Source: Polyangiaceae bacterium (lineage in GTDB: Bacteria > Myxococcota_A > Polyangia > Polyangiales > Polyangiaceae). From it: 64,000 bases of DNA. The notes under the pieces are model-generated. The model made no database searches. It had not been told where the DNA came from and saw only the letters and a list, made by a program, of their open reading frames with translations. The stretch is taken from assembly GCA_033763455.1 (NCBI GenBank), contig JANRKO010000033.1, positions 1-64,000 of the forward strand, read 5' to 3'. Below are positions 57,171 through 64,000 of this stretch, in pieces (within the stretch, counting starts at the first letter, position 1; each line of letters opens with the position of its first letter). A program made the translations under genes and the position numbers.

Positions 57171-58157
57171 TTACGGCACTTCGACGACTTCAAACACGCG
57201 GCGCACGATGTCTTCAGCGCTCACCTCTTCGGCCTCGGCCTCATAAGAGACAACTACGCGGTGCCGAAGCACATCCGGCCCGATTGCTTTCACATCTTCG
57301 GGGGTAACGTAGCCGCGATGCCTTAAAAATGCGTGAGCTCGCGCCGCCAGGCTGAGAGCAATGCTTGCGCGGGGGCTCGCGCCATATTGAATCAGAGGCG
57401 CCAAATCTTGCAGGCCCTTGCGGGCCGGGTCGCGCGTCGCAAACACCACATCCAGAATGTAATTCTTGACGCGTTCGTCGACATAGACGTCCTTCACAAT
57501 CTTGCGTGCTTCGAGCAGTTGCTCAGGCGTCGTCTTCGGGCTCGCCACCTTCGGGATGGTGCCCGTCATGCGATCCATCACTACCCGCTCTTCGTCTCGC
57601 GTGGGGTAGCCCACTTTCACCATCAGCATGAAGCGATCAACCTGGGCCTCAGGTAGCGGATAGGTACCCTCTTGCTCGATCGGGTTTTGCGTGGCCATCA
57701 CCACAAATGGCGTGGGGAGTGCGAAAGTTTGATCCCCAATAGTAACCTGGCCCTCTTGCATTGCCTCCAAAAGGGCGCTTTGCACCTTGGCCGGCGCGCG
57801 ATTGATTTCGTCGGCAAGCACTAGGTTGGCAAAAATCGGGCCTAACTTGCTGCGAAATTCCCCAGTGCGTTGCTCATAGATGGTGGTGCCAATCAAGTCT
57901 GCAGGCAGAAGATCAGGCGTGAACTGGACGCGAGCGAACTTGGCGCTGATAACATCGCACAGGGTCCGCACCGTGAGCGTCTTGGCCAGCCCTGGCACGC
58001 CCTCTAGTAGAACGTGCCCACCGGCGAGAATCCCGATGAGCAAGCGCTCCACCATGTGCGTTTGTCCCACGATGACCTTGCCCACCTCGGCCATTAGGTC
58101 GTCCACCATGGCGCTTTGGGACGCCACCATTTCGTTTAATGCCCTTACGTCCTGCAT
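57171..58157 (-). CDS. moxR: MoxR-family AAA+ ATPase
   Basis: LEGVPGLAKT, FTPDLLPAD, DEINRAPAKVQSALLEAM, GASPRA. Confidence 0.96.
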   Translation of the reverse strand: MQDVRALNEMVASQSAMVDDLMAEVGKVIVGQTHMVERLLIGILAGGHVLLEGVPGLAKTLTVRTLCDVISAKFARVQFTPDLLPADLIGTTIYEQRTGEFRSKLGPIFANLVLADEINRAPAKVQSALLEAMQEGQVTIGDQTFALPTPFVVMATQNPIEQEGTYPLPEAQVDRFMLMVKVGYPTRDEERVVMDRMTGTIPKVASPKTTPEQLLEARKIVKDVYVDERVKNYILDVVFATRDPARKGLQDLAPLIQYGASPRASIALSLAARAHAFLRHRGYVTPEDVKAIGPDVLRHRVVVSYEAEAEEVSAEDIVRRVFEVVEVP

Positions 58158-58535
58158 CGCGCAAACTCCCGAAACACTATTCCAAGGCTTTTTCCGTTGC
58201 GGCTATAGCCAACCGTGCCCGCTCAGACAATCCGCCACGGCCGAGTATTCCGTGGGATCTGTAAAAGCACCCCAAGAACGTGGTGTGATTCAAATCAGAG
58301 TGGCGATGTGGCAACGACCAGCAAACGCAGCTGGGCCCAAGTACCCGCGAGCCAATACGCAGGATGGCGGTAGCCCTGTTTTGTCGCGAAAGGTACTTAG
58401 CATGACAAGTACCTTCGGCGGACGCAAAAGGTGCCTCGACTCGGACCACGGCGTAAGAACTTGAGCTGGGCGCAAGAACTAGGGACACTGCTGCACCGAC
58501 AAGCCGTTTTGGCCATGTTGCTTTTGGAGGTTCGA

Positions 58536-59096
58536 ATGCGAAAATTGCTTGCTTTGGGTTCCCTTAGTACGGTCACGCTCTTAGCGTTTTCGGGGTGCGG
58601 CAGCGATTCTACGAGCGGTGGCACAGCCACGGGTGGCGCTCCAAGCGGGTCAGGTGGCGCCAGCAACAGCAGCGGTGGCACCAAGGCTACTGGTGGCACG
58701 AGCGCAGGGAACACCGGCGGCGCCAAGGCCACAGGCGGGGCAACCAACACGAACACCGGCGGCGCCAACAACACTGCGGCGGGCGGTGCTCAGGCGAACA
58801 CCGGTGGATTCGGTAACTTCGGCACTGGTGGTTTCCCGAGCCTGGCGAACTGCCCGCAAGCCAAGCCTACGAACGGCGGCACTTGCGATGCGAACTCAAC
58901 ACCATTTTGCCTCTACAACACCACAGAGATATGCACCTGCAACGGCACCTGGAATTGCCCGACTGCCGCAGCTAACTGCCCAGCCGACAAACCAACCAAT
59001 GGCAGCGCGTGCACCACAGCGGGGGACCTTTGCCCGTACGGGCAGGGCGGTTGTTTCTGCTTGCAGGGCATCGGCCTAACTTGGGTATGCCAGTAA
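58536..59096 (+). CDS. Lipoprotein with Gly/Thr linker and two Cys-rich repeats
   Basis: GGAGG RBS, lipobox FSGC, CP..KP.NG..C...C.Y....C.C...W.C x2. Confidence 0.85.
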   Translation: MRKLLALGSLSTVTLLAFSGCGSDSTSGGTATGGAPSGSGGASNSSGGTKATGGTSAGNTGGAKATGGATNTNTGGANNTAAGGAQANTGGFGNFGTGGFPSLANCPQAKPTNGGTCDANSTPFCLYNTTEICTCNGTWNCPTAAANCPADKPTNGSACTTAGDLCPYGQGGCFCLQGIGLTWVCQ

Positions 59097-59279
59097 CCGC
59101 TAGCGCCTTACTTGTACTAGCTCCGCACTCCGGTGCGTTGGCCCAACGCGGCAACCGAAGCCGCAATTTGAGCGAGGCATTGGAATGCTCATGCTCGGCG
59201 GTTTGTCACTTGACCTAACTCACCTCCCATGACGAGAGTCTGCTCAACGCGGAGCAGGCTCTCGCATTCGGAGAAAATC

Positions 59280-60026
59280 ATGAGATCTAGAATTTCAGTT
59301 ATTGTTGGCGTTGGGGTGATTTTGGGATTCTGGGGTTGCGGAGGCTCGGAAATAGCGCCGCTCACGGGTGCTGCAACCGGTGGCAAGCCCGCGGCGAATT
59401 CAAGCGGTGGAGCGGCTAACAAATCCGGTGGTTCGAGCTCCGGTGGAGCCATGGCAGGAGCCAACACTGGCGGCAGTGGCGGTGGGCTCTCCACTACCTG
59501 CCCCACGGTAGAACCCAAAACCATGGATAAGTGCACTGGGATCGTTCGCAACACGATGTGCACGTATCCGATGAACGTCTGCAATTGCGGACGTGGAGAT
59601 TTTTGGAACTGCCAGGATATCCGCTGCCCCGTCGACGCCGCTGTAACGGGTGACTTGTGCACTGGCAACGACGGCCTGCGCTGCAATTACTCCAACCGCA
59701 CGGTGTGTAACTGCAGCGGGGGTACGTTTAAGTGTCTCCAAACTCAGCCTCAAAACTGCCCCAATACACAGCCGAACACGGGTGATGCCTGTAACGGCCT
59801 GGGCGGGACGTTCTGCGACTACAATCTGCCCATGGCGAGCATGGATGTAAGCAGTGCCGGCGCGGCTGGCCAACTAGGTGCGGCTGGGTCTGCGGGAGTG
59901 GTTAACAGTGCTGGAGCAGGCGGGGTGTTGGCGAGCGGTGGCGCCAATGCTGCTGGCGCAGCCGGCGCGCCAGCAGCGGTCGCCTGTGGTTGCTCTCCTC
60001 AAAATCAGAAGTGGTTCTGCTTCTAA
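59280..60026 (+). CDS. Paralogous lipoprotein with three Cys-rich repeats
   Basis: Lipobox FWGC; same repeat; third unit split by a Gly/Ala insertion. Confidence 0.85.
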   Translation: MRSRISVIVGVGVILGFWGCGGSEIAPLTGAATGGKPAANSSGGAANKSGGSSSGGAMAGANTGGSGGGLSTTCPTVEPKTMDKCTGIVRNTMCTYPMNVCNCGRGDFWNCQDIRCPVDAAVTGDLCTGNDGLRCNYSNRTVCNCSGGTFKCLQTQPQNCPNTQPNTGDACNGLGGTFCDYNLPMASMDVSSAGAAGQLGAAGSAGVVNSAGAGGVLASGGANAAGAAGAPAAVACGCSPQNQKWFCF

Positions 60027-60058
60027 TCGTAACAACGCTCGTAGCTTCACAGCGTTGG

Positions 60059-60093
60059 GAGGCGTTGCTCGAAAGGCAACGCCTCTCTTCTTT
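60059..60093 (+). terminator. Intrinsic terminator
   Basis: GAGGCGTTGC-TCGAAAG-GCAACGCCTC-TCTTCTTT. Confidence 0.75.
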
Positions 60094-60123
60094 GTCATTA
60101 CTGACGATCAGGGTTTACGGGGG

Positions 60124-60366
60124 TTACGCGGACTTCAGCGCTTCGACGACCTTCGGCTCGTCTAGAATCCCAGACCACCACACGTCGCCCGTTTGCTGGA
60201 CGCGTGCTTCCGGCGGCACAACGCCCGCACGGATGCCCCGGGCAATCTGGCGTACCGAAACAGGCCCCACCTGGTCTCCGCCGTCCACCCACACGTGCCA
60301 GCGCTGCTCATCCAACGGATCGGCGGCTAGCATTCCCTCGGCCTCGTTGTCGTTCACTTGAGTCAT
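60124..60366 (-). CDS. Small GYF_2/DUF4339-like protein
   Basis: W.V...G.QVGPVS......I.AG......V...G...W; GGAG RBS. Confidence 0.75.
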   Translation of the reverse strand: MTQVNDNEAEGMLAADPLDEQRWHVWVDGGDQVGPVSVRQIARGIRAGVVPPEARVQQTGDVWWSGILDEPKVVEALKSA

Positions 60367-60509
60367 CGTTCCCGTATCTCCAAGGCACGTAGGGTTACAC
60401 AGCTCGTTCGCTCTTTGGGAAGCAAAAGTCGCCAATTACTTCGACAATACCCAGCGATAACGGAAGTTTGCGATGTCACCACCCCTACCCACGACATGAG
60501 CGCGAAACA

Positions 60510-62303
60510 TTAGCCTGGCGGGCGTTCGCTTCCTCCCTGAGGCATGACGAGCTCACCTGTCTGCAGCCGCCACAGCATCGAATATTGGCCGCCGCGTACT
60601 ACCAGTTCGTCGTGTGTACCTGATTCAACGATCTTGCCGGCCTCTAGCACGTGAATGCAGTCCGCATGGCGTACTGTTGAGAGCCTGTGCGCAATAATCA
60701 GGCTGGTCCGCCCCACCACAAGCTTGCTCAAAGATCGTTGAATCGCGGCTTCGGTCTCGTTATCCACCGCACTCGTGGCTTCGTCCAACACCAAGATCGG
60801 TGGGTTTTTTAGGATAGCGCGCGCCAGCGCAATGCGTTGCCGTTGGCCTCCGGAGAGCTTCTGACCACGCTCACCCACTTCGGTATCGTAACCATTGGGA
60901 AGCTCAAGGATGAAGTCGTGCGCTTCAGCCGATTTTGCTGCCAGAATCACCGCCTCGCGATCCACATTCGGAAGGCCATAGGCGATATTTAGCAGCACGC
61001 TCGCATCAGCCAAGAAGCTATCTTGGGCAACGTAGCCAATCGAGCGGCGCAAATCCTGTAGCGCGTATTCTTGGATTGGGACTCCATCCAGTAGGATTTT
61101 TCCCGATGCGGGCTCATAGAACCGCAAAAGCAGCTTTACTAGCGTGCTCTTGCCGCTACCCGTGGTTCCCACAAAAGCCACACTCTTGCCTGCGCCTATT
61201 ACGAGCGAAACGTCGTTCAGGGTTGCTTGTTCGCCGTAAGCGAACTGCACGTGTTCGAAGCGGAGCTCTCCCGAAACTTGAGACGCCAGTAGGGGCTTGC
61301 CGGAGTAGTCGATTTTCACTGGTGTTTGGACGAGATCCATCACGCGTTCCACCGATGCCATGGAGCGCTGATAGAGGTCCGTCATGTCCGCCAGACGCGT
61401 CAACGGCCAGAGCAAGCGCTGCGTCAAATAGACGAGCACGGAATAGCTGCCCACGCCAATCTCACCGCGGAGGGCGAGGAACCCACCGTATAACAACGTG
61501 ATGGTGAAGCCGGCTAAAATGGCCATCCGGATGATGGGCGTTATCCCTGCCGACAGGCGAATCGCGTGTGAGTTCGCGGCACGGTAGGCTTCGGAATCTT
61601 CCTGGATCCGCCTGGCCTCATAGGCCTCGGCTGCGTATGCCTTGATCGTGGCAATCCCCAACAGGTTGTTATTGAGCCTCGAATTCAGGCCCCCCGCTGC
61701 TTCGCGCACGGCCGTGTAGCGGGAAGCCATGCGCGCCTGAAACCAGAAAGCGCCGTAAATGATGAGCGGGATGGGCAGAAGCGCAAGGGCAGCGATTTTG
61801 GTGGTGAGTGTGAAGAAAACAGCACCCACTAGTAACGACCCCGTCACCACCTGAATCAGATCGTTGGCGCCACCGTTTAAGAAACGCTCCATTTGGTTGA
61901 TGTCGTCATTCAGAATCGACATCAAATTCCCGGTCTTTCTTCGCTCAAACCACGCAAGCTCTAGGCGCTGCACGTGCGAATAGGCCTCCATGCGGAGGTC
62001 GTGCTGGAGGTTCTGCGCGAGGTTACGCCAACGAACGGCGTAGAGGTATTCGAAAGTAGATTCGGCAACCCAAATGAAAACCGTAAGGGATGCCAACAGC
62101 CACAGCTGTTGCTCAGGCTCTGATACCCCATAGTGAGAAAGGAAAGATGCTTTCTTGCTGGCCACTACGTCGACCGCGACCCCAATAAGGATCTCTGGCA
62201 AAACGTCGAACACCTTGTTCAACACCGAGAACAAGGACGCGAGCCACACATCGCGTCGGTAGGCGCGTGCGTGGGAGAATAACCGACGGAGAGGATGGCT
62301 CAT
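60510..62303 (-). CDS. ABC exporter, fused permease/ATPase (MsbA/MdlA-like)
   Basis: Six-TM domain, GTTGSGKST, LSGGQRQR, LVLDEATSAVD, AHRLST. Confidence 0.96.
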   Translation of the reverse strand: MSHPLRRLFSHARAYRRDVWLASLFSVLNKVFDVLPEILIGVAVDVVASKKASFLSHYGVSEPEQQLWLLASLTVFIWVAESTFEYLYAVRWRNLAQNLQHDLRMEAYSHVQRLELAWFERRKTGNLMSILNDDINQMERFLNGGANDLIQVVTGSLLVGAVFFTLTTKIAALALLPIPLIIYGAFWFQARMASRYTAVREAAGGLNSRLNNNLLGIATIKAYAAEAYEARRIQEDSEAYRAANSHAIRLSAGITPIIRMAILAGFTITLLYGGFLALRGEIGVGSYSVLVYLTQRLLWPLTRLADMTDLYQRSMASVERVMDLVQTPVKIDYSGKPLLASQVSGELRFEHVQFAYGEQATLNDVSLVIGAGKSVAFVGTTGSGKSTLVKLLLRFYEPASGKILLDGVPIQEYALQDLRRSIGYVAQDSFLADASVLLNIAYGLPNVDREAVILAAKSAEAHDFILELPNGYDTEVGERGQKLSGGQRQRIALARAILKNPPILVLDEATSAVDNETEAAIQRSLSKLVVGRTSLIIAHRLSTVRHADCIHVLEAGKIVESGTHDELVVRGGQYSMLWRLQTGELVMPQGGSERPPG

Positions 62304-62329
62304 CTTTGGCGAGCGATCCTAGACCACGC

Positions 62330-63913
62330 TCATGGCTGAATCACGCCTTTGATCAACTCTTTAAACGTCGAGCTCTCGCCACCGTCCACGGTGGCGCCAT
62401 GTTTGAAATCTTTAGCACGGCCAGCCGCGATTTCGCACTGCACCGCAGCGGCGTACGCCTCAAGCGCGCGCCCCACTTCACCGCTCGACACCACAGCATG
62501 GCCCACGTCATCCAAAGCCGCGCCGAGGCTTTGGCACTTTGAACTCGGTGGTGGCAATTCAAGTGCCTCGGGATTTCCGCAGCACCCAGCGCGAACCACA
62601 GCAAACGCTGCCATATCGTACCAGCCCAGGCGACCGTATAATCGCATTGTTTCACTTGGAGCCACAGCAGCCCCCGCAACAATCGCAGCCCTCAAGCGAT
62701 CAGCCCCCTGCCGCGGATCGCGCTCCGTGCATAACCATTCCAGATCTGGGGCTTTGGTAAAGGCTCCCTTTGGCAGATAACCTGAAACGCAACTAGCCGT
62801 CTTGTTGGCGCTGAGCGCTTGATCTTCCCCCATTACAGATACCTCCGACAAATCGATGGCTTTCTTCTGGGGTGCAGGCTCGCTTTTGGCCACGCGTGGC
62901 GCTTGGGGCTCTGGCGGCGGAACTCTTAATTGGGAGATACCAAAAGCGCATACCAACCCGAACACAAGAGCTGAGGCTGCCCAAACCACTAGACCCTTCT
63001 TGGACCTCCCACCGGGCGCCACGCTGGTCCGTGACGGCCGCGGCACGCTTTCGGCAGGCGCAACCGATGCACCGGTCATAATTACGGGGGACGAACCTCG
63101 CCCCGCGGGGAGCGGCGGGGGATTCGAATGCACGATGCCTTGAGACACCGGTTCATCCCCTACGTGGTCCACAAACCAGCGCGCTAAGTCCCGTCGAAGC
63201 GGCTTCAGAGACTTCGCCCGCAGGCTCTCGTCTACATTCAGCCCGGTCAGCAACGCATCCGTAAGAGGTGCATCCAAGACCCCGCACGCATGTAGCTCCT
63301 CGACAGTACGAACGCCGCCCGGCGGTGGCTCGCGACCCACGAGAAAGTAATAAAGAAGGCCGGCAACGGCCCAGGCATCGCCCGCTTCGCTCGGCTCTTC
63401 CTCGCCGCGCTTACCCGCTAGGAAAAATACCGAGTCCGTCTCCAACCAGCCACTAAAAGTTAACACTGGACCTGGGCGCCCTGTGGGTACAGCGATAACA
63501 CTGAGCGGCCCAATGGACCCGTGATGGGCGCCCGCGGCGTGCGCATGTGCGACGGCATCAGCTAACCGCAACACGAGCCGAACTCCGTCGACAGGCGTAT
63601 GCTGGTGTTCAGCCAAATGCTCGCGCACATAGGCCTCGACCGTCTGCCCGAGAACGGGCTCACTGATGAGGACCACCGAGCCGTCGCTTTCGGTGACCAC
63701 ATCCCTAACGGCGGCTACATGGGCGTGGGCAAACTCCTTGAACCGACTCACCACCGATTGCTCAGCAGCCGTAAGGCACACCGCACAGAAGGGCTCGTTC
63801 GCGACTGTGTCTGTGCCCCTATACGTAGTCCGGAGCCCGGGGGCCTCGATGATCTCATCGATGCGGTAACGAGCTCGGATCAGGTGCCCTATGTCTAAGT
63901 TGGTTGGCGACAA
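62330..63913 (-). CDS. Membrane-anchored Ser/Thr-kinase-like protein, probably a pseudokinase
   Basis: RYRIDEII start; LADAVAHAH..G.HHG.I.P, DAWAVAGLLY; TM; Cys-containing external domain. Confidence 0.75.
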   Translation of the reverse strand: MSPTNLDIGHLIRARYRIDEIIEAPGLRTTYRGTDTVANEPFCAVCLTAAEQSVVSRFKEFAHAHVAAVRDVVTESDGSVVLISEPVLGQTVEAYVREHLAEHQHTPVDGVRLVLRLADAVAHAHAAGAHHGSIGPLSVIAVPTGRPGPVLTFSGWLETDSVFFLAGKRGEEEPSEAGDAWAVAGLLYYFLVGREPPPGGVRTVEELHACGVLDAPLTDALLTGLNVDESLRAKSLKPLRRDLARWFVDHVGDEPVSQGIVHSNPPPLPAGRGSSPVIMTGASVAPAESVPRPSRTSVAPGGRSKKGLVVWAASALVFGLVCAFGISQLRVPPPEPQAPRVAKSEPAPQKKAIDLSEVSVMGEDQALSANKTASCVSGYLPKGAFTKAPDLEWLCTERDPRQGADRLRAAIVAGAAVAPSETMRLYGRLGWYDMAAFAVVRAGCCGNPEALELPPPSSKCQSLGAALDDVGHAVVSSGEVGRALEAYAAAVQCEIAAGRAKDFKHGATVDGGESSTFKELIKGVIQP

Positions 63914-64000
63914 CGTGACGGTTTCCGAATGTTAAGGGTAACCCATAGGATCGCACCCACACTCTGAACCGTCTAGGGGTGCATTTGTTGGTGGCGCGCT

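Overview
GC-rich bacterial DNA, most consistent with Myxococcota (Polyangiaceae-like); this is inferred from the Gly-linker/Cys-rich lipoproteins, the sigma-54 activator, the Ser/Thr-kinase-like protein and the Bat operon. Three zones. (1) 1-9.3 kb: a stress-type cluster (DUF4398, OmpA, NtrC-family activator, two histidine-kinase-like genes, CBS, BON, Hsp20) with four correctly spaced sigma-54 promoters. (2) 9.3-28.2 kb: an integration hotspot at the 3' end of tRNA-Ser(GGA). One apparently intact ~15.2 kb tyrosine-integrase element (int, xis, XRE) carries a signal-peptide-bearing 2076-aa Rhs protein with an inserted carbohydrate-binding-like domain and an unrecognised Cys-rich tip, a CPBP intramembrane protease, a lone PD-(D/E)XK nuclease and lipoproteins. 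It sits in tandem with decayed sister elements (second att, orphan Rhs core, LspA-like gene, integrase remnants, transposon ends). The att-distal arms rebuild a tRNA-like acceptor stem, and the full 14-bp helix would form only in the excised element. (3) 28.2-64 kb: core genes (two tRNA-Ser, guaB, CDF transporter, lpoB-like, jag-yidC-yidD-rnpA-rpmH, rpmG, MlaD, multiheme cytochrome, RNase HII-like, MoaD, VanW, MoxR/Bat operon, ABC transporter, pseudokinase). All calls come from reading motifs by eye; no searches were run.
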